Part shown: positions 1-8,526 of the stretch, piece after piece | Position numbering within the stretch: the first letter of the stretch is position 1 | Layout of the letters: the number at the start of each line of letters is the position of its first letter | Assembly: GCA_027355945.1 (NCBI GenBank) | Contig: DAIEHA010000003.1 | Location: 5,769-69,768 of the forward strand | Direction: 5' to 3' | Source of the DNA: Candidatus Parcubacteria bacterium | GTDB lineage: Bacteria; Patescibacteriota; Minisyncoccia; UBA6257; 2-01-FULL-56-20 | Length of the DNA stretch: 64,000 nucleotides | Program-made: the position numbers and the translations under genes | The notes under the pieces: model-generated | What the model saw: only the letters and a program-made list of their open reading frames with translations | What the model was told of the DNA's origin: nothing | The model's database searches: none

Positions 1-1054
1 TCCTGAGCTCCGCGGGATTCAGCGAATAGAGCTCGGCATTCTCGAGCGATACCTCCTTGTTTTTCACGAGATTCACAAGCGAACGGTTGAGCGTCACCAT
101 CCCCTCCTGCAGCGATGTTTCGATCACGAGGTCGATCTGATAGGTCTTGCGCTCGCGGATGAGGTTGCGGATGGCCGGGTTCACGATCATGATCTCGGCC
201 GCCGGAACGCGCCCGCCCGAAATGCGCGGAAGGAGGCGCTGGGACACGATCGCAACGAGCGTCGCAGCGAGCTGGGAGGTCACCTGGCTCTGCTGTTCCG
301 GAGGGAAGGAATCGATGATGCGGTCGATCGTCTGCGCGGCGGAATTCGTATGGAGCGTCGAGAGTACGAGGTGGCCCGTCTCGGCCGCCGTCATCGCGGT
401 CCCGATCGACACGCCGTCGCGCATCTCGCCGACCATGATGACATCGGGGTCCTGCCGTAGCACCGTGCGGAGCGCCGAATGGAATGAAAGTGTATCGTTG
501 CCGACCTCGCGCTGGGAGATCATGCACTGGTCCTGCGTGAAAAGATATTCGATAGGGTCCTCGATCGTGATGACGTGATCGGAACGGGTATGATTGATCT
601 CATCCACGATCGCGGCAAGTGTGGATGATTTACCGTGGCCTGCGGGACCCACGAGGAGGATGAACCCTTGGGAAAGTTTTGAGAGATCGTGAAGGAGCGG
701 CGGAAGATTGAGCTCCTCGATCGTACGGATCTGCGCCGGTACGAGGCGGAGCACTGCGGCAAGGTAGCCGCGCTGGTAATACACGTTCACCCGGAAACGC
801 GCTTTATCCTGGAAACTATATGCAAAATCGAGCTGACGCTGTGCGAGGAGCTTCTGTTTCTGTTCCGCGGTCATAAGTTCACCCACGACCCCTTCCATGG
901 CATCGGGCGTGAGGAGGGGTTCGCTTTGGAGCGGTACGAGCACTCCGTCGATGCGGAGGGTCGGATGGCGCCCGACCGCAAGGTGGAGGTCCGATGCGCC
1001 CTGTTTTGCCGTCGCGGTAAGGAGGCTATTGAGTCGTTGTGTAGAATCGTCCAT
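1..1054 (-). CDS. pilT: Type IV pilus retraction ATPase PilT (3' end runs off the window)
   Basis: Missing from the ORF track because no stop lies in the window. Manual translation from ATG 1054 gives MDDSTQRLNSLLTATAKQGASDLHLAVGRHPTLRIDG, then Walker A GPAGHGKSST, TIEDPIE, LRQDPDVIMVGEMRD and AAETGHLVLSTLHT. Confidence 0.93.
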   Translation of the reverse strand, partial: MDDSTQRLNSLLTATAKQGASDLHLAVGRHPTLRIDGVLVPLQSEPLLTPDAMEGVVGELMTAEQKQKLLAQRQLDFAYSFQDKARFRVNVYYQRGYLAAVLRLVPAQIRTIEELNLPPLLHDLSKLSQGFILLVGPAGHGKSSTLAAIVDEINHTRSDHVITIEDPIEYLFTQDQCMISQREVGNDTLSFHSALRTVLRQDPDVIMVGEMRDGVSIGTAMTAAETGHLVLSTLHTNSAAQTIDRIIDSFPPEQQSQVTSQLAATLVAIVSQRLLPRISGGRVPAAEIMIVNPAIRNLIRERKTYQIDLVIETSLQEGMVTLNRSLVNLVKNKEVSLENAELYSLNPAELR

Positions 1055-1127
1055 GGACTAATCATAGCACAAAGGAAATCCCCAAGCGCCGAACTGCGCA
1101 TCAAGCTCCTCGTCCTTCATTTTCGAG

Positions 1128-1154
1128 AAACGCCCCTGTCTTTTTGACGGGGCG
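1128..1154 (-). terminator. Putative intrinsic terminator between pilB1 and pilT
   Basis: Minus strand reads CGCCCCGTC-AAAAA-GACAGGGGCG followed by TTT. Confidence 0.55.
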
Positions 1155-1193
1155 GAAGGGATCTTGCGACGGAACGTTGCGGAGCGCGGAACG

Positions 1194-2915
1194 CTATCCC
1201 TCCTCCGTCTCCCTGATGATCTCCTCGATCCCGACGATCCCGCGGAGCGCTTTCACGACACCGTCCTGCCGGAGCGTCGTCATTCCCTGCGCCTTTGCGG
1301 CATCGGTGATCTTTTGCGTGGTGGCGCCTGTCTCGATGACCGCCTGGAGCTCTTTCGTCATCTGGAGCGCTTCGAAGATGCCCGTGCGGCCAACGATGCC
1401 TCTCCCCTTGCAGGTGGCGCATCCTTTGGCATGGTAGATCTTGTAAGGCGCGGAAAAATCCTTGGTGACCTCCTCGGGGAGGCCCTTGAGCGCGCGCGCG
1501 ATGAGGTCCTGGACGTCGGCCGGCGCATCTTCGGCCTCTTTGCAATCGGAACACAGCACGCCGACAAGCCGCTGCGCGATCATGAGATTGAGGGATACGG
1601 GGAGCAGGAATGGTTCCACCTTCATATCGATGAGACGCGGGATGACACCTGCGCTATTGTTCGTATGGAGCGTGGAAAGCACGACGTGTCCCGTGAGCGC
1701 GGCCTGCACGGCAAGTCCCGCCGTCTCGTTATCGCGGATCTCGCCGACCATGATGACATCGGGGTCCTGCCGCAGGATCTGCCGGAGACCGCTTGCGAAA
1801 TCATAGCCGATCTCGGGATGCACCTGCGATTGGTTGATGCCGCTCACGAAATATTCGACCGGATCCTCGAGCGATACGATATTCACATCCTCCTTGTTGA
1901 GGGTCTGAAGGAAGGCGTAGAGCGTGGTCGTCTTACCGGAACCCGTGGGACCGGTGATCAGCACCATGCCGAACGGCTTATTGAGACCATCGACGATGAG
2001 CTTCCTCGTATGCGGCAGAAAATCGAGCCCTTCGAAGCTCTTGAGGCCGGTCGTCGGATCAAGCACGCGGATCGCGATCTTTTCGCCGAGCGGTGTGGGG
2101 AACGTAGCAACGCGGAAATCGATGTCGCGGTCGAATATCCTCGCGCGAAAACGCCCGTCCTGCGGGATGCGCGTCTCATCGATCTTGAGATTCGAGATGA
2201 CCTTCACGCGCGACGAGACCGGCTGGGCAAGCTCCTGGGGAAGCGTGGCCACCGTATGAAGGTCGCCGTTCACGCGAAACCGGATGCGGAGCGATCCGCG
2301 CTGGGGTTCGATATGGACGTCGGATGCCTTGTCCCCCACCGCCTCACGGAACGTATCCGCCACGATTTTGATGATCGGCGCATCCTCATGGGCGCCGCCG
2401 CCCTCGAGCGAGATCGTCCGGTCCCCGCTCGATCCTTCCTTCACGTTGAGGGACTGCACGGCCTTCTCGATCTCGGTACGGTACGGAGAATACCGCGCGA
2501 GGATCTTCTGCCAATCGCCGTATGCCATGAGATATACGCCAAGATTCACGCGGTTCTGACGCGCGATGAACTTGAGGGCCTCCTGGGCCTTGGCATCGTC
2601 AGGATGCACCATTCCCACCACGAGCAGATTGTCCTGGAGCGCGAACGGAGCGAGCTCATAGGTGCGCGCGGTCTCCTCCGGGACCATTGCAAAGAGCTTC
2701 GCATCGATCTGGGCGGCATCCACCTTCTGATACGGCACTTTGAGGAGCTCGCTCTTCAGCTGGGCGACCGCCTCATCGGACACGAGCCGGTCGCGCGAAA
2801 CGATCGCTTCCGGCGTCTCGCCGGCCACGATCGCGTCTCTCTGGATCCTGGCGGCCGCCGTCGGGTTCAGGAGTCCGCGTACCTGAAGCTGTTGAAGGAA
2901 TTCATCCTGGGTCAT
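1194..2915 (-). CDS. pilB: Type IV pilus assembly ATPase, PilB/GspE family (copy 1)
   Basis: GPTGSGKTTT, EDPVEY, LRQDPDVIMVGEIRD, STLHTN and tetracysteine CxxC...CxxC, with an N-terminal GspE-like domain. Confidence 0.92.
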   Translation of the reverse strand: MTQDEFLQQLQVRGLLNPTAAARIQRDAIVAGETPEAIVSRDRLVSDEAVAQLKSELLKVPYQKVDAAQIDAKLFAMVPEETARTYELAPFALQDNLLVVGMVHPDDAKAQEALKFIARQNRVNLGVYLMAYGDWQKILARYSPYRTEIEKAVQSLNVKEGSSGDRTISLEGGGAHEDAPIIKIVADTFREAVGDKASDVHIEPQRGSLRIRFRVNGDLHTVATLPQELAQPVSSRVKVISNLKIDETRIPQDGRFRARIFDRDIDFRVATFPTPLGEKIAIRVLDPTTGLKSFEGLDFLPHTRKLIVDGLNKPFGMVLITGPTGSGKTTTLYAFLQTLNKEDVNIVSLEDPVEYFVSGINQSQVHPEIGYDFASGLRQILRQDPDVIMVGEIRDNETAGLAVQAALTGHVVLSTLHTNNSAGVIPRLIDMKVEPFLLPVSLNLMIAQRLVGVLCSDCKEAEDAPADVQDLIARALKGLPEEVTKDFSAPYKIYHAKGCATCKGRGIVGRTGIFEALQMTKELQAVIETGATTQKITDAAKAQGMTTLRQDGVVKALRGIVGIEEIIRETEEG

Positions 2916-2926
2916 TGAACGTGTTT

Positions 2927-3226
2927 CTATGGGACGAGGAACGGATTTGGCCTCACGAGAGCGGCAGGGCCGGTGGACGTGGGCGCGGGAACGGTCGTAT
3001 GGAGGCCGGCGAGCACGGGATCCGCTTCGACGGTCTGCGGTTGAACGGGCGACTGCACGAGCGGCGCCACGGCGCTCAATCCTCCGGCAGCGGGAAGCGT
3101 CACATCCGGTGCGGGCGCAAAGAACATGAAGTAGATGGCGGCGGCAAGCACCACGAGGAACACAAGCCAGCCCGTAAGGCCGATCATAGGCGATCTCTTC
3201 TTATCCTCTTCTACGACGATTGCCAT
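2927..3226 (-). CDS. Small membrane-anchored pilus-associated protein, possibly a truncated PilP analogue
   Basis: Single N-terminal TM helix, Pro-rich linker, C-terminal RPNPF; lies between pilO and pilB. Confidence 0.6.
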   Translation of the reverse strand: MAIVVEEDKKRSPMIGLTGWLVFLVVLAAAIYFMFFAPAPDVTLPAAGGLSAVAPLVQSPVQPQTVEADPVLAGLHTTVPAPTSTGPAALVRPNPFLVP

Positions 3227-3236
3227 AGTGCGTGAT

Positions 3237-3869
3237 TTAGGATGATTGATAGTATGCGACGACCGTCATATTGGAATTATAAAGGTCCTGAGCGCCGTTC
3301 GCGACCGCGCCGGCCGTCGTCACGGCGGGCACCGGTTTGATGGAAAGTCCCGTTACATCGAAGATGCGCACGTTCGTCTCGAGCCCCTCGAGGAATGTCT
3401 TGAGGGCCTCGTAGCTTCCCGTTGCGGCGATCTGGAATGTGATCGACCCTGCGGGCTGGATGAGCGACGCAAGGTTCGCGGTGCCGCTTGCTGAAGCGGA
3501 GGTGCTCTGCGGTGCAGCCTGGGTCGCGGTCTGGAGGGATACTCCGACGCTTTCTACAATGATGCCGTTCGCGGATGCAAGTCCGTAGATCTGCGCGAGC
3601 GCACCTGCGGTATCGGGACCGACCGGAAGCGCAAGGGCGACCGCCTGGGATGACGAGGATTGGGACCCTTCCGTACTGAGCGCGGCCTGTACCTGCGCGG
3701 CGATCTTCTGCTGGGTGGCAAGGAACTGCTGGTCATTCGCCATGATGCCTTTGAGCGTCATGAGATTGCCGTATTCCGGCTGCACGAAATAGAAGAACGC
3801 GAACACCGCGACCGCGAGAATGAGAAAGGCGAGGAGGATGTTCGAGAATTGTCGGGTGGTCTGTTTCAT
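3237..3869 (-). CDS. pilO: PilO-like type IV pilus alignment protein
   Basis: TM helix plus coiled coil, then GSYEALKTFLEGLETNVRIFDV, typical of PilO; follows pilN. Confidence 0.8.
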   Translation of the reverse strand: MKQTTRQFSNILLAFLILAVAVFAFFYFVQPEYGNLMTLKGIMANDQQFLATQQKIAAQVQAALSTEGSQSSSSQAVALALPVGPDTAGALAQIYGLASANGIIVESVGVSLQTATQAAPQSTSASASGTANLASLIQPAGSITFQIAATGSYEALKTFLEGLETNVRIFDVTGLSIKPVPAVTTAGAVANGAQDLYNSNMTVVAYYQSS

Positions 3870-3893
3870 GGTTTCGCGAAGTGCGTGGCAGAC

Positions 3894-4466
3894 CTATGGG
3901 GTCTTTGAAAGGAATATGGACGGATTCATGATGAGCGAAAGGGTGAATGCGATCCCCGTCGAGGCGGAGATCCCGTTCTGCGACGCGTTGGCCACGCTTG
4001 CAACGGCGACGCTCGCAACATCCGGAGATCCCTCGAACACGGCGACTTGCTGATTCACATCCGCCTCGGTCTTTGCGATCCCTTTGAGCGTCACGCGGTA
4101 TCCTGAAGCGAGGTCCATCCCTTGGTAATACACATTTGCCTCGGTATTGTTCTCGAGCCACGTGAGGAACTGGGAGTCATATGCGTGATGCGTAAGGATC
4201 GTCTGGAGGTTCGAGATCTGGGAATAGAAGCTGACGAGCTGGGCCTGTTCATCCGGCGTCACCGAGGCGTTGGCCTTGGACACCTCACCCTTCACCGCGA
4301 TGATCTGATTGTTGAGATACGGCTCGTAACCGAACACCATGCCGAAGTACATGCCGGCAATGACGAGAAGGATGCCCACGGAAAAGAGCAGCGTACCGGA
4401 AAAACCCCCGCCGGAGCCTTCGGGTTCCCTTCCGAGCTGTTCTACGACCTGCTGCGGGAGTGGCAT
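3894..4466 (-). CDS. pilN: PilN-like type IV pilus alignment protein
   Basis: TM helix, coiled coil and VTLKGIAKT-type ferredoxin-like PilN domain; located between pilM and pilO. Confidence 0.7.
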   Translation of the reverse strand: MPLPQQVVEQLGREPEGSGGGFSGTLLFSVGILLVIAGMYFGMVFGYEPYLNNQIIAVKGEVSKANASVTPDEQAQLVSFYSQISNLQTILTHHAYDSQFLTWLENNTEANVYYQGMDLASGYRVTLKGIAKTEADVNQQVAVFEGSPDVASVAVASVANASQNGISASTGIAFTLSLIMNPSIFLSKTP

Positions 4467-4524
4467 TGCCTTTATTGTAGCACAGTGATCGCGCGAAGAC
4501 GTGTGTACAATAGGAGAAACGGGG

Positions 4525-5610
4525 TCAGGATGCCGCCTTCATCCCGAGGCCGAGCGCCACGCTCATAAGAGGATTGAGTTCGGGCACGAACGGCACGATG
4601 TCCTGGGGATATTCGAACTTGGCGAACGGTGCGGCCTTCACGACGGGGATCCCCATTTCCTTCTCGAAATATTTCTCGACACCGAGGAGGTTCGCGCCGC
4701 CTCCGGCGAGGATCACCCGTTCCGCTTTGGATGCCGCGGGAAACTGCTGGATATAGCTGAACTGCGCCTTTTTCACCTCATTCACGATCGCATCGAGGAA
4801 CGGGATCATGATGGACGCGAGCTCATAGCTCGGACCCGTGCCGAGGATGCCGCGCTCCTTCTTGAGCTCTTCCGCACGGAGCGGATTGATGCCGAGCGAG
4901 GTGGCGAGCGCCTGGGTGAGCGAAGCTGCGGCAAAATCGCTTTGAGCGCCCCACGCCATGATCCCCCGCTCGAGAAAGACGATATTCGTCGAACGGCTGC
5001 CGATATCGACGATGATGGAGGAGACGGGATCGCCGCCAAGGAGCCGGGCGATGCTCAGGCTTTCAAGCTCGAGCGTCTTGAGGGTGAGGCCTGCCTTCTG
5101 GAAGATGCGCTGGTATTTCTTTATCTCCTCCTGCGGCACGGAGACAAGAAGGATCTTCTGATGGGCGAACCCTTTATCATCCGTGTAATCCGCGACCTTC
5201 ATCCAGTCGAGCGCCACCTGATCGATAGGGAACGGGACGTATTGGCGCGCCTGATAGACGATGGCCTGTTGGATCTCCTCTGGCTTCATTGCGGGAAAAT
5301 CGAGAAGCGTGGTGAATGCCTCGAAGGGAGGGATGGAGGCCACCGCATCGGTCGCGGAAGATCCCATTTCCCCTATGAGCGCCTTCAGCATCTCCACCGC
5401 ACCCTCTTCGAATATCTTAAGCCCGCTCGTCTGGAGCGCCTGGTTCGCGCGGGCAAGATATCCGCTGGATTCAAGAAGTCCGTAATTCACGACCGAAGGC
5501 CCTTTGGATCCGCGGCGAACCTCTGCGGCCTTGATGGAGGTCGTGCCGATATCGACGCCGAGCAAAGAGGATGAGAGGCTTTTTTGGATGAATGAAAGCG
5601 GGTTTCGCAT
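4525..5610 (-). CDS. pilM: Type IV pilus assembly protein PilM (actin-like)
   Basis: GVDIGTTSIK, ARQYVPFP, VDIGSRST, VILAGGGA and VALGLG motifs. Confidence 0.92.
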   Translation of the reverse strand: MRNPLSFIQKSLSSSLLGVDIGTTSIKAAEVRRGSKGPSVVNYGLLESSGYLARANQALQTSGLKIFEEGAVEMLKALIGEMGSSATDAVASIPPFEAFTTLLDFPAMKPEEIQQAIVYQARQYVPFPIDQVALDWMKVADYTDDKGFAHQKILLVSVPQEEIKKYQRIFQKAGLTLKTLELESLSIARLLGGDPVSSIIVDIGSRSTNIVFLERGIMAWGAQSDFAAASLTQALATSLGINPLRAEELKKERGILGTGPSYELASIMIPFLDAIVNEVKKAQFSYIQQFPAASKAERVILAGGGANLLGVEKYFEKEMGIPVVKAAPFAKFEYPQDIVPFVPELNPLMSVALGLGMKAAS

Positions 5611-5665
5611 GATGATGTCCTGCTTCTTAAAGGATATTTAACGGCATTCGCTCTACTATCATACC

Positions 5666-6367
5666 ATGGACGCACGCTTCTTCATCGATCTTTTCTTTCC
5701 TGCGGAATGTGCGGCGTGCGGCACGCGGATCACGCACGGGGCGCTCTGCGAAGGATGCCGGATGGACGTCATCCCGCATCGCACCGCGTTCTGCGGAACA
5801 TGCGCGGCGCCGCTTCCCGGGATGAGAAGCATATGCCATCCCCGCGCCCTTTACGTCCTCGGCGCTGCCGGAGATTATGGCAATCCCATCCTCCGCGCGC
5901 TCATTCATGCGCTCAAATTCGAAAGGATGAAGGCTGCCGCAGGCACGCTCGGGGACATCCTCGCGCATTACTGCGCGCGGTTGCCGGTGGATCTCAAAGG
6001 ATTCTCCGTGGTTCCCGTACCAATATCAAAAGAACGCCGACGCGAACGGGGATTCAACCAAACGGAGCTCATCGCTGCGCGCGTTGCGGGGTTCTTCGGT
6101 CTGCCGCTCGAAAGGAACGCGCTCATCCGCGTGATCCACCGCGATCCGCAGAGCGATATCGAAGATCCCGCCGCACGGTACCGGAACGTGCAAGGCTGCT
6201 ATGCAACGGTGCTGCGGCCGGGAGAAAGGACGGGGCGCGCACCCGGAAAGATACTGCTCATCGATGACGTGACGACCTCAGGTGCCACGTTCAGAGAGGC
6301 CTCCGCAACGCTCCGCGCCGCAGGAACAAGGAAGATACTCGCGCTTGCCGCAGCAAAATCGATGTAG
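5666..6367 (+). CDS. comF: ComF family competence protein (double zinc ribbon plus PRTase domain)
   Basis: FPAECAAC...CEGC...CGTC, VPVP...RRRERGFNQ and ILLIDDVTTSGAT. Confidence 0.92.
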   Translation: MDARFFIDLFFPAECAACGTRITHGALCEGCRMDVIPHRTAFCGTCAAPLPGMRSICHPRALYVLGAAGDYGNPILRALIHALKFERMKAAAGTLGDILAHYCARLPVDLKGFSVVPVPISKERRRERGFNQTELIAARVAGFFGLPLERNALIRVIHRDPQSDIEDPAARYRNVQGCYATVLRPGERTGRAPGKILLIDDVTTSGATFREASATLRAAGTRKILALAAAKSM

Positions 6368-6412
6368 GGATATCGGGGCGCACGGGGGCGCAAGGAGCGC
6401 GGCGGCCTCCGG

Positions 6413-7258
6413 CTACTGCGGGAGAAGCTTCTGGATTATCCCGCTCACGTTGAAGAACTGCTGATAGGTGGACTGGAGGGAATCGAGCGACTGCTTGATG
6501 AGCACAAGCGTCTGATCGGGAGGGAGCGATTGCTGAAGCGCGCTCTGCGCCGCAGCGTTCGCGCTCTTTGCGCTTTCAAAGGACGCATATGCGGCGTTGA
6601 AGGCGTTCTGGAGATCGGCGTTGTTGGACGCACCCTCAAGGAAGGATACTGCCTGCTGTGTCTGGGTCATGCGGCTCCCTGCGATCGAGAAAAGCTCCTG
6701 ATTGCCGGACCAGAGGAGGAAATCACCCACTTGCTGCGCGAGAGGGGCATAGGTCCCTTCCCGCCACGCGAGCACATCGGATGCGATGGCCTTCGTGCCG
6801 GCAAGGCCGGCGGTACCGAGCTTCCCGAGCTCGATCGAGTAAAAGTTCGATGCATCATCGAGTCGCCCCTGCAGCTGTCCTTCGATCGCCTGCTCGGCAA
6901 AGGTGGAGGTTGCCGCAGTGCCGAGGGATGTGCGAAGGGATCCCACTTCATTCTGCGCGCACGCAATCACCTTACCGATGAGCTGCTTCCGCACGGCGAG
7001 CTCCGCCATCATCTCCTCGGAAGGTGCGAGGGTGGGATCGTTCTGGACGGCAGCGATCTTCGCGATATCCTCCTTCGTGATGCCGCATTCGGGAACGGAC
7101 GAGGGCGTCGTCGTAGCGGTCTGCGCATTCGCAATCAATGCGGCTCCCGCCGTATCCGCATGCGCAGCGGGGATCCCGGCCACAAGGAAGGCTGCGCAGG
7201 CCACACCTGCCGCCATTCCTGCAACACCGATCCATCGTATGCGATCCATCGATGACAT
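6413..7258 (-). CDS. Hypothetical secreted, largely alpha-helical protein
   Basis: Signal peptide ending AHA-D; Ala/Gln-rich helical body with two Cys; co-oriented downstream of the ECF pair. Confidence 0.7.
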   Translation of the reverse strand: MSSMDRIRWIGVAGMAAGVACAAFLVAGIPAAHADTAGAALIANAQTATTTPSSVPECGITKEDIAKIAAVQNDPTLAPSEEMMAELAVRKQLIGKVIACAQNEVGSLRTSLGTAATSTFAEQAIEGQLQGRLDDASNFYSIELGKLGTAGLAGTKAIASDVLAWREGTYAPLAQQVGDFLLWSGNQELFSIAGSRMTQTQQAVSFLEGASNNADLQNAFNAAYASFESAKSANAAAQSALQQSLPPDQTLVLIKQSLDSLQSTYQQFFNVSGIIQKLLPQ

Positions 7259-7299
7259 GGTTGGTTATTGATATATAGAGGAGGGTGCGGACGGAGGAA

Positions 7300-7806
7300 T
7301 TATTGGGAAAGCGCCTGGAGCGCGTCATTCACGGAAAGGGAGGTCGATGACGCGGTGGAGGACGCTACGGAACCGGACGCCGTGGAGGACGCGGTCGAAG
7401 AAGCATCCTTTACGGGAAGGGAGAGAAGATGCGCCACCACGCCCGCTTCCGGTGTGGTGGACTGGGGTGCCGTGGAGGTCACCTCGGAATAATCAAGGTT
7501 TGCAAGGCGGATCTGAATATCGATCGCTTGGGCCTCCGCCTGAAGTCCGCTCGGATCGATCACCGAATAACGCACTGGCGCAAGATATTTGTTCCCGGAA
7601 AAGCTCCCGGTCGCAAGGAGAAGGAAGAATCCCGCGAGGACAAGCGCCACCCCGGTCTCAAGCATGCGGAGGAACACCATGATGCTCGTTCCGCGCATAG
7701 GCATCGCCTCCCTCGGATGCGCCAAAATCACCCGCTTGGATTTCTCGGAATAGTGCGGGTCGGGATCGATGCGCCTGAATTGTGTGAAAATATGGGAAAG
7801 TTTCAT
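7300..7806 (-). CDS. Single-pass membrane protein, putative anti-sigma factor
   Basis: Start overlaps the ECF sigma stop (ATGA at 7803-7806); short cytoplasmic N-terminus, one TM helix, Ser/Thr-rich tail. Confidence 0.6.
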   Translation of the reverse strand: MKLSHIFTQFRRIDPDPHYSEKSKRVILAHPREAMPMRGTSIMVFLRMLETGVALVLAGFFLLLATGSFSGNKYLAPVRYSVIDPSGLQAEAQAIDIQIRLANLDYSEVTSTAPQSTTPEAGVVAHLLSLPVKDASSTASSTASGSVASSTASSTSLSVNDALQALSQ

Positions 7807-8387
7807 TGGATATCGAATGCGATGGACGGATCGCCGGCAAGGGACTTTTTGAGCTCGCGGATCGCCCGATGCTGAAGGAGCTTCACGGCACCCTCGGATT
7901 TTCCAAGCGCTGCCGCAGATTCCTTGAGGGACATGTCCTCGACGAAGCGGAGGATGATGACATCTTGATAGTCAGGCCTCAGGCGAGCCACCGCGGCACG
8001 CACCGTTTCGAGCTCGATCTTCGCTTCGATATTGCCCGCATGGTCCACTGCGACGGCAAACGATTCGGGATCGGCTTTTTCGATGCTCACCTCCCCTTTC
8101 CGGTTCGCGCCCGCACGATAATGATCGATGATCTGGTTCCGTGCGATGCGATACAGCCAACTCGAGAACGGAAAGCCCTTGTGCCGATAGGTTCGGACGC
8201 TTTGCCACGCCGAAAGGAAGACCTGATGGGTGATGTCCTCGGCCTCCTCACGACGCCCCACTTTGATCATTACAAAGCGATAGATCATCGCCTGATAACG
8301 GTCATAGAGAACGCCAAAGGCCGAGGAATCACCCCCGACGGCCGCCTTTATGAGATCCAGTTCCTGGTTGTCGCCGCCGTCTACCAT
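7803..8387 (-). CDS. ECF (group 4) RNA polymerase sigma factor
   Basis: GDSSAFGVLYDRY, AEDITHQVF, FSSWLYRIARNQIIDHYR, and region 4 ending EGAVKLLQHRA. Start moved to ATG 8387 from the ORF-track 8486. Confidence 0.93.
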   Translation of the reverse strand: MVDGGDNQELDLIKAAVGGDSSAFGVLYDRYQAMIYRFVMIKVGRREEAEDITHQVFLSAWQSVRTYRHKGFPFSSWLYRIARNQIIDHYRAGANRKGEVSIEKADPESFAVAVDHAGNIEAKIELETVRAAVARLRPDYQDVIILRFVEDMSLKESAAALGKSEGAVKLLQHRAIRELKKSLAGDPSIAFDIQ

Positions 8388-8391
8388 AGAA

Positions 8392-8417
8392 AACGTTGAA
8401 AATGTGGATAAGTTACT
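8392..8417 (-). promoter_or_regulatory. ECF-type promoter (AGTAAC-N16-CGTT) with a perfect DnaA box (TTATCCACA, 8403-8411) in its spacer
   Basis: Minus strand reads AGTAAC TTATCCACATTTTCAA CGTT TTCT ATG, matching the AAC-N16-CGT architecture of ECF promoters. Confidence 0.65.
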
Positions 8418-8526
8418 GTCGCGTCCCATCAAAAAAGCCCTCACCGGGCATATCTCCATAATAAGCCCCATTCCCTCAAAAGCCAAATACAGGAACTTGC
8501 GGAGGGTATGTTATTATTGAGGCACT

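Noticed and set aside
1164-2918. Long antisense ORFs opposite pilB1, and likewise opposite pilM, thyX, the P-type ATPase, ftsZ, the PilM/N fusion and pilB2
   Set aside because: They mirror well-supported genes codon for codon, are Arg/His/Asp-rich and carry no domain motifs or expression signals.
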